Assembly (NCBI GenBank): GCA_965235115.1
Contig: OZ249440.1
Span: 35,900,001 to 35,964,000 of the forward strand
Length of the DNA stretch: 64,000 nucleotides
Reading direction: 5' to 3'
Origin: Laetmonice hystrix
Taxonomy: Eukaryota
Below, one piece after another: positions 14,471 to 27,934 of the stretch; position 1 is the stretch's first letter; every line of letters begins with the position of its first letter. Under the pieces are notes generated by a model, which worked only from the letters and a program-made list of their open reading frames with translations, was not told the origin of the DNA and did not search any database. A program made the position numbers and the translations under genes.

Positions 14471-17374
14471 ATTACCTCGCTTTTAATCTCCATTGCAGAC
14501 AGGACAGTTCCTAAAACCTCGACAATTCCTAAACATGTCTCAAATCCATGGTTTAATGAAGACTGCAAGCAGGCAATTAAAGACCGGAAGAAAGCAGAAC
14601 GCCTTTTCAACAGGCATCCAACTGCAGTGAACCTTACCAATTTTAAAATTATGAGAGCAAGGGCACGCCGTATCTGCAAAGAGAGACGGAGGCAGAGCTG
14701 GAGAGACTACGTCTCCAGCCTGACCTCTCGTACTCCTATCAAAAAAGTCTGGAGTATGATACGGAAACTTAAAGGCAAGGGGGGTGGTTCTGGAGTCCAA
14801 CACTTAAAACATTAAGACACCCTACTAACCACCACAGATGAAATAGCGAATAAACTGGCCAAAACCTTTCAAACAAACTCCTCCTCCAGAAACTGCCTCC
14901 CTCAATTCCAAGCCATTCGTGCTCAAAAAGAGAAACAAAAACTAAACTTTCATTCTGACAACAGAGAAGAGTACAACCAACTCTTCTCTATTGAAGAACT
15001 CAAATGCTCTCTTAGAAAATCACACGACACTGCAGTTGGACCTGACAAAATACATTACCAATTCTTAAAACATCTACCCGACACCACCCTCCTCCTCCTT
15101 CTTCACATTTTCAACAATATCTGGATAACTGGTAATATACCCATTTCCTGGCAAGAAGCAATAATCATCCCCATCCCCAAACCAGGAAAAGACCATAGTG
15201 AAGCTAACAATTACAGACCAATAGCCTTAACAAGTTGCTTGTGCAAAACCATGGAGAGAATGATTAATGATCGCCTCGTCTGGAAGCTGGAGTCTGAGCA
15301 GCTCATCACCGAGTTTCAGTGTGGCTTCCGGCGAGGGAGAAGTACTCTCGATCATCTAATCAGACTCGAGACATACATCCGAGATGCTTTTATCAACCGC
15401 GAACATGTTGTTGCCGTCTTTTTCGACCTTGAAAAGGCATACGACACAACATGGAAGTACGGCATTTTAAAAGATTTACATGATATGGGTTTTAGGGGGC
15501 GTTTGCCCCTTTTCATATCTCAGTTTTTATCCAACAGACATTTTCAAGTCAGAGTAGGCACGACCCTGTCTGACTTGCACGACCAAGAATTAGGTGTGCC
15601 TCAGGGAAGCATTTTGTCCGTTACCCTTTTTAGTATTAAGATCAACAGCATTGTTAACTCGGTTAAAACTGGCATGCCCTGCAGCCTGTTCGTCGATGAC
15701 TTTGACGTCTGCTGCAGAGGCAAAAACATGAATGCCATTGAGAGACAGCTCCAACTTTGTCTCAACAGAATCCACACTTGGTCCGTAGAAAACGGTTTTA
15801 AATTTTCAAAATCTAAAACAGTCTGCATGCATTTCTGCAAACTGCGTGCTTTCCACCTTGACCCCGAGTTGACAATGGATGGAGATCCTATCAAGGTCGT
15901 TAAAGAGACAAAGTTTCTGGGACTCACTTTTGACAGCAAGCTGTCTTTTATCCCTCACATTAAATCACTAAAATCCAGATGCCTTAAGGCTCTGGATGTT
16001 CTCAAGGTTTTATCTGGCACAAACTGGGGGGCAGACAGTACAGTCCTTTTACAACTGTACAGAGCTTTAATCCGGTCGAAGCTCGATTACGGTAGCATAG
16101 TTTATGGTTCTGCTTGTAAGTCTTACATTCGGCTTTTGGACACGGTTCACCACCAGGGTTTGCGGCTTTCACTTGGAGCTTTTAGAACGTCCCCTGTTCA
16201 GAGCCTCTATGTGGAGGCCCGAGAGCCATCACTCGACAACAGGCGTCTGAAGCTGGCTCTGCAATATGCAGTCAAGCTCGGGACAAACGGTTCAAATCCA
16301 GCTTACAATTGCGTTTTTCACCCTCAGTTCCAACATTTATATGAAAGAAAAGAAACGTACATACGTCCTTTTGGACTGAGAGTGAAACCTCATCTAGAGG
16401 AACTGGATATTGATCTGAACGTCCTGGGGCAGACACATTTTTGCAACATTCCTCCTTGGGACCTGGAAAAGCCTGACGTCATTCTTCAGTTGGCTAAACT
16501 GAAGAAGTCAGAGACTCATCCCCTGACATATTTTGAACATTTTCTTGACGTCCAGGCAAGGTATCCCTCACATTATGCCTTCTATACTGATGGCTCAAAG
16601 GATGGCAGTGATGTGTCTGCGGCTGCAGTTCATGGCAAGCACAACTTCGGCACCCGCATCTCAGGGCAAAGTTCCATCTTCTCAGCAGAGGCCCGGGCCC
16701 TGCTTCTTGCCCTTCAAAATATTGAAGTGTCTAGTGAAAAGGATTTCCTCATTTTCTCGGATTCCTTATCCTGTCTGCAACCACTTGCTAACTTGAACAC
16801 AGATCACCCAGTGATCGTTCAAATCTTGTCCAAGTTGGCAGTGCTTACCAATGCAAACTTTGATATTCACTTTTGCTGGGTGCCTGGTCATATTGGCATC
16901 CCGGGCAATGAGCAAGCTGACAGAACTGCCAAGAGGGCTCTTGAAACAGACGTCGAACTGTGTCCAATCCCAGCCTCTGACCTCAGACCTACCATCTGGG
17001 CATACATTAAGAACAAATGGCAGGCCGAATGGGATGAACAACCAAACAATAAATTGTATCAGATCAGTCCTGTCGTGAATCAAAGGTGTCTTCACGGCCT
17101 AACCCAACGTAGGCATGAAATTGTTTATACTCGATGCAGGATTGGTCATTCTAGATTAACCCACGTGTTTTTATTGAAGGGGGAGCCACCTCCAGAGTGT
17201 CATGGCTGTCAGTGTCCTTTGACACTGAAGCATGTTTTACTTGAGTGTGGTGATTTTACTCTGATCAGACAACGGTTTTATAGTGAGACAAGTCTTAAGG
17301 ATCTTTTTATCAATGTCAGACCAGGAGTGATTTTAGAGTTTTTGTCAGAAGCTGGACTTCTGACTCTTTTATAG
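14471..17374 (+). pseudogene. LINE ORF2 (reverse transcriptase-RNase H) with one premature stop at 14813-14815
   Basis: QCGFRRGRS, DLEKAYD, GVPQGSILS, FVDD; RNase H YTDGS/SAEARA/FSDS/GNEQAD; ORFs 14453-14815 and 15239-17374 share a frame. Confidence 0.9.
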
Positions 17375-17545
17375 TTCAGGCTCGTCGATAGCCCGGTTGG
17401 GCTGACAGGATAGAGTGTGTTTTAATGATATTCCCGTTGGGGCCCGGGATAAAATAGGTTCCTTTCATTTCATGGTCTTTTAACCCTGTTTTCGCCGTGA
17501 AGATGGCCCCGGATGCCGGCACGGCGGAAAACCACCACTACTCAC
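14471..17545 (+). mobile_element. Longest copy of the I-group (I/Nimb-like) LINE; 5'-truncated, endonuclease missing
   Basis: RT, RNase H, CCHC, 3'UTR and tail; 11-bp TSD tctggccaatg at 14460-14470 and 17546-17556. Confidence 0.95.
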
Positions 17546-17589
17546 TCTGGCCAATGTATGAAACGCTGCACGTTTTCACAAATCGCGTT

Positions 17590-17778
17590 AGCCACCGCGT
17601 GTATACTGTTGCTGGTAGCCACCGCGTGTATACTGATGCTGGTAGCCACCGCGTGTATACTGTTGCTGGTAGCCACCGCGTGTATACTGTTGCTGGTAGC
17701 CACCGCGTGTATACTGTTGCTGGTAGCCACCGCGTGTATACTGTTGCTGGTAGCCACCGCGTGTATACTGTTGCTGGT
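17590..17778. repeat. 27-bp minisatellite, 7 copies
   Basis: Unit agccaccgcgtgtatactgttgctggt. Confidence 0.95.
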
Positions 17779-18124
17779 GGCACGAGGGGATAAACCATAT
17801 GCGTCTCCCACCAAAGTATGCCAATGCGGTGCCAACTGCAGTGTCGGCTCGATGGCTTCATGTCTGTAAAATGAACAAGAAAAAATATTTTGTGGCAGGG
17901 AACCGTTTGGACCTTTACTTCTGTTTACGACTGAACTTACTTTAGGTTAGATATATATGTTTTAAATATGGGCTTGTTTACCCCCTTCAAGCAATGTTGA
18001 CTTTAATACTTTTAGGATTACATAATTAAGTGTGTGTCCATAAACTACCCAAGTGTAATTGCAAGAACTAGCCATGAGGATGATGGCTACCAAAATTGAA
18101 GATGTCAATAAATGCTCCTTTGTA

Positions 18125-18260
18125 ACTTACCGTGATGTGTTTCTCTCCAAAGACTGTCCCAAAATGCCAAATAATTCTTCGAAAGTGACCTTTGTGAATC
18201 TATACTTTGCAAAGAAATCTGCTTCACTCTTGTCTTCATGGGTTGTATCTTTGCCTCTTC
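18125..18260 (-). mobile_element. Harbinger transposase N-terminal exon
   Basis: EADFFAKYRFTKVTFEELFGILGQSLERNTSR followed by GTAAGT. Confidence 0.6.
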
Positions 18261-18479
18261 ATATGGCCATCATCCAAAAAACAGACATCAGCTTCAACAG
18301 GGTACAAACACTTCCTTAGGACTGACTGACGCACAGATACACCCCCGATTCAATGCTATCAAGACACTAAAGGTGCCCCCGGGCACCTATAGTGAGTTGA
18401 TAAATCAGTGCTGATAGTGGATGCTTTTGATAGTCTATCAACGCTTCTGTGCAGTCTTTAACTGTCTTTAACTTTAACT

Positions 18480-19328
18480 GCCCGTATTCATGGACATCAC
18501 TCAACCTCATCCTCCACTCAAACTCCACTGAGGAGTCCTCAAGGATAACTCGAGGGAGAGTGTAAGGTCGACCTCATCCTTAATGAGTGTGAGGTCAACT
18601 TTGCACTCCTACGTGCAATTTGTTATTCACAGACCTTCCTCAAGTCGCACTTGATTGAGGTCAGCCTCCATTGTGTACTGGCAGACTAAAGTTATAAATA
18701 AATACCGTTGTGTAATCTACTGAATCATTGCCTAGTGGGATTCGTCTATTTGGTCTGTCTAACAGTGCATTGTTTTTATTTATTTTTTCTATTATTTTTT
18801 ATTTATTTATTTTTATTTTTAACTTAATTTTATTTCACTTTAATTTATTGTAATTTCACTTAACTTAATTTTAACGTAATTTTATTGGAATAGGTCTTCC
18901 TCGGTTGTTGTACGGTTGTAATTCATGACTGATTATTTCTAACAGCTCGTGAAACGCCTTCTTTGTTAAACGGTATCTTTGACGCAATTGTTCATCATCA
19001 TATACATTTTAGTCAAAATTGTAATTTGAAACGTCACTCCTGCATCTAGTATTCTGCAAAATCTGAAGATTGTCAAGTCTCCCCAACCACCTGAAGGCCA
19101 TGTTTGTACCGTCGAGGAATGCTCAAGGCAGGTGTGGACCTTCCTCAGGCTTTCCTCAGAGAGGGACACTTACTTGAGGGTGAGAGACGTCTGAGAAATG
19201 GAACAGAGGTGAGGTCGACCTCGCACTTAGTGAGGTCAACCTATTCCTCAATGAGTATGAGGTCGACCTCATTGAGGATGAGGAGTTCCTCACTGAGTGT
19301 GAGTGGAGGAACGTCCTTGAATACAGGC
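18480..19328. mobile_element. MITE with long degenerate inverted repeats
   Basis: gcccgtattcatggac...gtccttgaatacaggc, with mirrored gaggtcgacctc repeats. Confidence 0.65.
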
Positions 19329-20680
19329 CTTAGTCAGTGTGAATACAGGCCTTAGTCAGTGGTGATAGACTATCTACAGGATTCTGTGCGCCCAAAATTC
19401 GCTATCAGCAGTGATAGTGGTACTGATAGCACTACCAACGCTTCTGTGCGGCCGCTACTGCACTATACTACTGCTGCTAAGCTTCCCATAGCACTCACTT
19501 TGCTCTGTACGCTCGGTGTACCTTCTCTGATAGTGGAAGAACCATCCTAACCCAAATCAAGAAAAAGCAAATAGGGCAATAGACCAAATTTAAGAAAGAC
19601 TCATCAGTGGAAAAGGATGCCGTCTGTCGAGCTGTTTCTTAGGTGATGGTTTGGAGGCAAGTGGCAGAGCCCTGCTGCTGGCTCGCACATGTGCTCAGCA
19701 TGGGTCATTGCAGGGGGCAGGGGTGGTCAAGTGATGCTGACCTTTGACACCAGTAGGGGTACAGTGTGACTGACCTGCCCCCCACCCTGGGGTGGGATGA
19801 ACCTCCCCCTCTTCTTGAAACCCCAGCAGCCCTTACTAGGGGTCCCAGATGGGTGACCCCGCAGGGGCCACATATGGGTGTATCCTCCAGGGTTGCATAC
19901 TCCCGTTTAAATTCGCTGGACCTCCAGCGAACCCACACTACAACTCTACTGACTAGCACCTGTGCCAGTAGCTGGGAGTAGCTGGGTCTGTGCCATTTGT
20001 ACAAGTAGAGTTTCATCTGTCCTGCTCCCCTCCATACAGACTTCCTCTGAACTGACAGCCTTTGGAAGCTGGTGGCGGTTCCCATGGAGACCCGCAGTGG
20101 TTCGCCTGGGGGCCGGATGTGGCCTTTCTGCTATGTCGTCATCTGACACTATTGCCCCCGGCGTCTTGCGCTGCTCCCGTTCTTTCTATTGCATAATTTT
20201 TTTTAGCAGCATTACTCTTGTCTGTCTCAGTTTGGCTTAGATTCCATTCGTTTAAAATTCGCTGTTTACACGCACTAAAATCAGCACCATAATTATTTGT
20301 TATTTTATTACAATTACGCTGGGTTTATACTTTTGACGCCGTTGCCAGGGTTTCCGCCAGAGGGTAAAATGGGTAAAATTCCGTACCCTAAAATTTTCCC
20401 AGGGCACGGATCCGTACCCAAAAAATCGTTGGGTAACCATTTTTCCATGAAGTGATAAAAAGTTCCTGATGTCAGTGATGATACCTTGAGGAACTTGAAG
20501 GAATCAAATATAATGTTGTACAGTATATGCAGTCTTTATTTGATTAATTCACATATCTGTAACAGCAGTTAGGGTTAGTTATTATTTTTATTATTATTAT
20601 TAACAATATGTTTCAAAACTGAAGACCATAAGGGAAAAGTAAACTTTCCAAAATAAAAAAAAAACAAAGACAATTATAAT

Positions 20681-21740
20681 TTAACAAACCGGTTCTCTGC
20701 CTGCTCCAGAATCTGGGCCCGTTGGGGGCCTGGAGGAGGTGGAGGGTCCCTCCGGTTGGGCGCACCCACCCCGACCACGCCTGCCTCTGGCAGGGGGCTG
20801 CGAGGGGGTCAACTTCCTTCTTTTGGGTGCTGGTCCGTGATCAGCTACTGGGCCTCTCCGGGGGGCCGGCACATTTGAAGGGGCAGCAGCCGCCGCAGCA
20901 GACCCATCGGCAGCGGCAGGCGAAGACAACCGGACAGCCACCGGCCCCGCCATTGCTCTGCTGCCTCCTGGGGTAGTGACTGCCTGTGCGTAGGTACAGG
21001 CAGAGGGACACGGTTCCTGGTTATTTGCGCGGCTTCCAGCCGGCGTGGCCGTGTCCTCCGCCTTGGGGAGCAGCACAACCCAGCCCTCCCGGTCGTCCAG
21101 TGTCTGGACTTCCTGGGCGGGCCTGAGCCCACGCTCCCCACCATACCCCACGAGACGTGCCGGGATTTTCCAGTGGCAAACGTCTCGCAGGCACACAGGC
21201 GCATGTGGAGAGTAGGGGTGGGGACCGGGTCGCTCCATCTTGAGGGAGTTAACATACTCCCTCTCCTCAGGTTGCAGCTGGGGCATGAATTGCAAATTTT
21301 CCTCATCACTGGAGGTGTCGCCCTCCCAATCCACCCAGGAGACACGCCTCGACTTTGGTCGACTGCGGTCTCCAGAACCCATAGTCACTTTGAAATTATG
21401 TTCGAATTCTTTGATTTTCATTTGTGCCTCAGTCAGGGTTTTAGGTTTATAGTTAAGTACCTGGCAGGCAATAGGTGTGTTGCATGTGTAAGAATTTTTC
21501 TAACGTCAATTCTTCCCTGGTAGCCAGGGTTATCCCCGGATATGCCTGCACTACTAGCTGCTGTATCTCTTCGGCGTACTCTTCAGTGGACCGGGATTCT
21601 TGTCGACAACTATCGAGCTTCATCCAGGTAGTGAAAATACAAATCGAGCAGCCCTGTCTCTAAGACATTCGTAAAAGTGATCTAACTTATCTGAGAATGC
21701 GTAGGATGCCACCTCTGATGGTATAGTTCCGCAGAGCTAA
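20681..21740 (-). mobile_element. Chimeric retroelement gag/ORF1-like fragments
   Basis: RQESRSTEEYAEEIQQLVVQAYPG (Gypsy gag-like) joined to a GC-rich ORF1-like segment. Confidence 0.45.
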
Positions 21741-22050
21741 ACTATGGCCCTCTACAAATGCAGTCTGGAACGTCTCTCCAAAGATGACACTTTTTGTATC
21801 CAGTACTATCTGTGACAATGGCTGTTAATTTTGACGTACTGAATACTTTGGCCGTCTTGTGAGTTACCCATCCTGTTTCTGACACTTGAATTAGTAGTTT
21901 ATAAAAAAGTGGTACCTCTGCGTCAGAATAACTCACTTGTTGGCATTAAAGAAACAAGCTGAAAGTGAAAGTGGCCAGCTGTAAAGTTTCCTGACAGGGG
22001 AGTGGGGTGGGGGTGGGTCAATGTCCACAATATTTGTTCATGTGGAGACG

Positions 22051-22265
22051 TGGCAGACTGAATGGGATGAACAACCAAACAATAAATTGTATCAGATCAG
22101 TCCCATCGTTTACCAAAGGTATCATCAGGGCCTAACCCAACGGAGGCATGAAATTGTTTTTACTCGATGCAGAGTTGGTCATTCTAGATTAACCCATGTG
22201 TTTTATTGAAGGGGGAGCCACCTCCAGAATGTTATGGCTGTCAGTGTCCTTTGACACTGAAGCAC
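22051..22265 (+). mobile_element. I-group LINE internal fragment
   Basis: WQTEWDEQPNNKLY...PLTLK; matches the other copies. Confidence 0.9.
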
Positions 22266-23204
22266 CTGACTTGATTCAGTGATGCGAATCCCATACTCCA
22301 TACTCATGTCCACATTAGCCACGAAAATGAAGCAAGGCGTCGGACAATCCTTAATCAGGTCAGCCATTTCCTTCTTCAGAATTACAATATTCACTACTTT
22401 TCCCGAATCTTTCAAGACGGCATTTGTCATGTAAATGACGCTTCCCTTTGTGTACCTTTCGGCGGGCTCTTCCAAAATGTACAGATGTACAAAATTTGCC
22501 ATCTTTCGGATTTGAGTAGGACTAGCCATTCTTCTTAAGTTCTTCCCTTCTTTCCAACCTTGTTCAGTGATGCTGCTTCTCCTTGGTACTGATCACATGC
22601 AAATTAGATCTACTTCTAACTTTGCACATTGTCTAAACTCGTTCCAATGAAATCCTTCCTTGATCATCGGAACCGAAACGGGGTATATGGGCCATTTTCA
22701 CAAAAAGGGACAAATTACGGTAAAGACATCTGAAAAAAAATGTTGTCAATTTTTCTTGACCAAGGCAATTTAAAATGAAGTCAATGAATTATTGATGCTG
22801 ATTTCCCAACAGCAAAGCTTGATCATTAGTTTTCATGTACTTATTATAAATTTTATTTTTATTGGAATTACGGAGAAGACCTGGTTGCACGTCTTTACCG
22901 TAATCACACCAAACTCGTTGAATGAATCCATAAAATTGGGATTATCTAAGAAAAATTCAAGTTATGGTAGGATAAAACTGTGAATGCAGGGAGAAATAAA
23001 CTTTTAAACTTTGTTCATGCCCAACATTAATCACGAAGTTTAAAGGGACCATGGTCTCTGCACTGACTGTCAGGGACTCACTGGATCAGGGACGATACAC
23101 AACATCACAATACTCGATTTAAGGAAAAGTGAAGAAGTTTATTTACAGAAACAAAAGATTCTGAAAAACTCCAATAAACTTTCACAATTAGCACATAACC
23201 ACAC

Positions 23205-23587
23205 TGGTACATCATATGTACAGTGTCCATATTTTAGAGTTAGATCCATACCTGAGATCCTGATGAATATATCACACTGTCAGTACATCACATACAGTGT
23301 CCATATTTTAGAGTTAGATCCATACCCAACTGAGATCCTGATGAATATATCACACCAGTACATCACATACAGTGTCCATATTTTAGAGTTAGATCCATAC
23401 CTGAGATCCTGATGAATATATCACACTGTCAGTACATCACATACAGTGTCCATATTTTAGAGCTAAATCCATACCTAACTGAGATCTATCCTAATGAATA
23501 TCACACCAGTACATCTCATGTAATACAGTGTCCATATTTTAGAGTTAGATCCATCCCTTACTGAGACCAGGATGAATATATCACACC
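23205..23587. repeat. ~60-bp tandem repeat, about 6 copies
   Basis: Recurrent cagtgtccatattttagagttagatccatac...gatgaatatatcacac. Confidence 0.9.
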
Positions 23588-24540
23588 TTTCAACGAACAA
23601 TCAGTATCACCCCTTTCAACGAACAATCAGTATAACAAGTAACAGTCCAATAAACTTTAACAATAACCTCAAGGAAGAAAAACACACTAACTAAAGTGTG
23701 ATTATCATCACTGAAACTTCCAAATTGAAAATTCAACCAACATCCTATGGAAATTTTGTTTCCTGTGCTAGGGGTTCACCCGAGTTCCTGAATACACAGA
23801 TTAATAACACCAAAATGCAGAAACCATCAATGCCCTAGCAGTTAAACATCAACGTTTTTTGCCAGATGTAATATTTGTTGATAGCGCTTTTCTGAAAGCC
23901 TGAATGGTGGTGGCCCCTGAAAGTTAACCACACACAAAATCTTGGTCACTTCTATGTCATCAATGTCGGCAGTTTTTGGCCAGTCAAATTCGAATCCCCT
24001 CCTTTCTAAGAATTTCATCTTAACTATTCCTGTGAGAGGATTTGCATTTTTCAGAGGGTTACCAATGTAGAAGGTCTTGTTAATCGGGTTATTTCTGTTG
24101 CGCTCTGGATGTGAAGTTTTGCACTTTTTGAACACTTTCTTCCTTGGTTCCCATTCTGGGTCGTCACCATCGCTATCTGATTCAGTGGGTGGGGATTTGT
24201 TATGCATCTTTTTTGGGGGGGTTGTAGTATTTGTGTCACTGTCTTCATTTGACACCGATGCATTTTGAAGCTTGGCACCTTGCCATGTCTTCCAGTAAAG
24301 ATACTCAGATCTCTCCTCAGGACTAAGTGCATTCAGGTCTTTCAGTGTAACATCATACCCTTCACTCAAACGCCTTTCAAATTTTGCAATTTGGGCAGCA
24401 GTGAGAATCTTTTCAATTGCTTGAACTTGTGGATTACTTTTCCTGGTTCAGGGCTAGTGGCATTCGCTTCTGGGTTAGTTAACTTTTTATGTTCAACCAG
24501 ATGATGACAAGTGCATGCATCCTTTGCTGTGCTGCTGTAC

Positions 24541-24865
24541 ACTGAAGCATGTTTTACTTGAGTGTGGTGATTTTACTCTGATCAGACAACGGTTTTATAG
24601 TGAGACAAGTCTTAAGGATCTTTTTATCAATGTCAGACCAGGAGTGATTTTAGAGTTTTTGTCAGAAGCTGGACTTCTGACTCTTTTATAGTTCAGGCTC
24701 GTCGATAGCCCGGTTGGGCTGACAGGATAGAGTGTGTTTTAATGATATTCCCGTTGGGGCCCGGGATAAAATAGGTTCCTTTCATTTCATGGTCTTTTAA
24801 CCCTGTTTTCGCCGTGAAGATGGCCCCGGATGCCGGCACGGCGGAAAACCACCACTACTCTCACT
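24541..24865 (+). mobile_element. 5'-truncated I-group LINE inserted antisense into the Sola2-like transposase
   Basis: Appears identical to 17224-17545; TSD ctgtac at 24535-24540 and 24866-24871. Confidence 0.92.
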
Positions 24866-25557
24866 CTGTACTTACAATAGCAAGAGAGTTTACGATGGGA
24901 CACATTGCCATTTGTGAGCAACCAGTTGATGAATCTGCATGGTACCTTTTATTGTGTCATGCGTGATACCACTCGCCATTCTCTCAATGTTGTTAATATC
25001 ACCTGAAGAGATTGTGTACAACTGTACATTTATGGTATCTCTGACACTATTGTACAGTTTTGTAACATCGAAAATATCTTGGCCATGGGCCACCAGGTTG
25101 TCAGCTTTATTTTTAACCGCAGCCCCCACCCCATCAGCAGGACCTTTGCCATGTGATGATTCCAATAGGTTCCAGTACACCATTTTAAACCCATACTTTT
25201 CAAAGGGAATGGTGGCCATGAGAAGGAAATTTGTTTTATTCCGATATTGTGTGGTTGGCCCATCAGAAACGAAATGGATGATTTCCACACCCATGTTTTT
25301 CAGTTCCATTAGTACTGGGTCCAAATGTGCCCAAACAGCAGAAGGTGCATGCCTACTGTCCTCAGATAGTGTACAGAAGCACTTGGTGTACAGCTCACCA
25401 GATGACCTTTTCAATGTTGCATGACACGTGTGTAGAGACACTTGTCTCCTACTGGCACCAAAGTGCATTCCCTGAACTTCTACAGCAGCTTTACAATTAT
25501 AGTTCTCACTGTAGTCTATTTGGAATACACACTCATTCGGTTCAATCTTGTTCTTAA

Positions 25558-25896
25558 AGGTGCTATTCGTGAACAAAAATTCAATTTTTTATTTTTAATT
25601 TTGTTGACGTTTATGTGATCCCACCTATCATGGAAAAAGATTCACAACAAAGGAAATCAAAATTTTTCATGGCTAACGGCACAAATGGGGCTCTCTCAGA
25701 AGGCCTGTGGAGACCCTGACACGCCCCACCATAGGAAATGGCTCTATCTCGGTGTGCACCGAGATAGGTTTCAAATGCTGTACACAAACTAATAGAAGGT
25801 TTATCAGGCCAATGGTATCGGTAGGAATTTTTTCTAGTACCATGTGCACAATGTATGATAGGAGAAATGCCATTCTGTGCGAGACGAATAGCACCT
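25558..25896. mobile_element. Kolobok-type MITE, copy 1
   Basis: TTAA|aggtgctattcgt...acgaatagcacct|TTAA. Confidence 0.85.
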
Positions 25897-26229
25897 TTAA
25901 TATCTCTCACAGCTTGATACTGGTGAGTAATACGATACTGATGTTGTAAGAACTGTCTCATACCCTTGACGAATGCTTCACAAAGGTGTGCAACCGTATC
26001 ATTCAGTGTTAATTTAGTCATCATTGATACAGAAATTGAACCCTTGGATGTCACCCTCTGTTCCTTAACCTGACGCCATTCTTCATATGACACAGTGTTC
26101 AGATTGGTTTTACCTGAAGATACAATATCGTTCACTTTGGTCGTACATTTCTTACAGATACCGTACATACACTTGTACTCTTTGGAGCAAACTATCTCAG
26201 TGAGAAGTTTTGTCACATCACCTGTGGGT

Positions 26230-26465
26230 CATGGAAGTACGGCATTTTAAAAGATTTGCATGATATGGGTTTTAGGGGGCGTTGGCCCATTTTGATATCT
26301 CGGTTTTTATCGAACAGACACTTTCAAGTCAGAGTAGGCACTACCCTCTCTGACTTGCATGACCAAGAATTAGGTGTGCCTCAGGGAAGCATTTTGTCTG
26401 TTACCCTTTTTAGTCTTAAGATCAACAGCATTGTTAACTCGGTTAAAACTGGCATGCCCTGCAGC
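26230..26465 (+). mobile_element. I-group LINE RT internal fragment
   Basis: WKYGILKDLHDMG...GVPQGSILS...MPCS. Confidence 0.9.
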
Positions 26466-26736
26466 GTCCATCTGAATCTATCTCTTCATCTTGTATTACC
26501 AAGTCTAAACCTTTTCCAATCAAGACAATGGTACCTCTGCTGTGGTTTGTTCCGTGGCTATATCTGATAACCCCACCCCATTCATTTCGCCATGTGTGTT
26601 CCACCTCGGTCGTACTGAAGGATTCCTGTATGAATGCAATATCAGCCTTTTCCTTTCTAATCCAAGTAAAAACTGCCCTTCGGACCCGGCTATTATTTAA
26701 ACCTTTAACATTAAATGATAAGACCTTTAGCCCCAT
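26466..26736 (-). mobile_element. L1/Tx1-type AP endonuclease N-terminus
   Basis: LSFNVKGL, FIQES, WRNEWGG, HSRG and DSDGR motifs. Confidence 0.85.
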
Positions 26737-27934
26737 TTGGACTTACTATATCCGAGCATCGTACTGATAAGACACAGTATACATATGATTGACGTTTTGC
26801 AGGATGGCTTCGTAAAGAGAGAATCTCTTCACGCACATTGTTATAGCATAATACAGTCTCAGCTAAGCATAGTTAAACCTGTCAAAATTCCGATAGAGTA
26901 TGTATTCAAAGAGGTACCTACATGTAGTTTGTTTTTTCCACACCAACGTATGCTACAGTGCTCCCACCAGAAATAAATATGCACCGTCATCAAAGTATTG
27001 TTAGTGACAAATAACTGACGTATTTCAATGTTTGAACATGATTTGATACACACACCCAAAGAACACATAACAGAAAAACACAATACACTATACAAAACGG
27101 TGATCGCTAGGGGGCGGGGGTTCGGAAGTGTGCAGACATGCGGATCACCACATTGGAAGTTTCCATTAAATAAGTTTAGAATAACAAATAACTATACCTA
27201 AAAGACTCCACATTATAGCAAATATGGTTGCACTATACACCTAATTATATCTCGCGCAAGTTATAGCGAGAATGGTTATACTACTACACACATACACATA
27301 ATTAGATCTCAACTGTACGGTGTCAATGAATGCTGGCTGGCTCTATGCGTGGTGTGTGTGCAAAGGAGTTACCCCCGCAGTGAGGTCTCAAGCGAAACGC
27401 TGGCACTGCGGGAGTCACCCCGATTAGTCCTCACACACACCGCGCAGGATATTATTGATACTAAATAATGGTACAGTGTAGCATTGGAGTTGTACCCGCA
27501 GTGAGGTCTCAAGCGAAACGCTGGCACTGCGGGAGTCACTCCGATCCGTTCTCACCCACATATCAGCATAAGTACTGGATAGTGTTTTACCGAGATGACA
27601 AGGGGCATAGCAGTAGCCCAATACCTGGTAGCACAATGTGCTCGGGAGACGTTTCCGAGTACATGAATAAATACACACAAACAAACAAAACTCCACATTA
27701 TAGCAAATATGGTTATACTATAACATAATTATATCTCGCCCAAGAGACACCCCATATTATAGCGAACATAGTTACACCACACATACACATAATTAGATTT
27801 TGCTGTACCGTGTCAATGAATGCTGGCTCTATGCACAGTGTGTGAGCATAGGAGTTTTGCCCGCAGTGAGGTCTCAAGCGAAACGCTGGCACTGCGGGAG
27901 TCACTCTAAACAGGACATCTATGTCACCCACTAG

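Larger units (their letters stand above)
23842..26225 (-). mobile_element. Sola2-like DDD transposase gene, interrupted by a LINE and a MITE
   Basis: DYSENY, SDGPTTQYRNK and HGKGPADGVG motifs; KLSCYCKY|SSTAKDACTC is continuous across the LINE insertion. Confidence 0.75.

Noticed and set aside
15239..17374. Prokaryotic RT system (retron, DGR or group II intron)
   Set aside because: RT-RNase H-CCHC layout, 5' truncation, simple-repeat tail and TSDs define a eukaryotic non-LTR element.
17497..17869. Repetitive ORFs here and at 35915-36610
   Set aside because: They are by-products of 27-bp and 81-bp tandem repeats that are open in several frames.
22255..24549. acactgaagca as the TSD of a 2.3-kb insert inside a single LINE
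   Set aside because: The right piece has its own ctgtac TSD within a continuous transposase frame, so the two pieces are separate copies.
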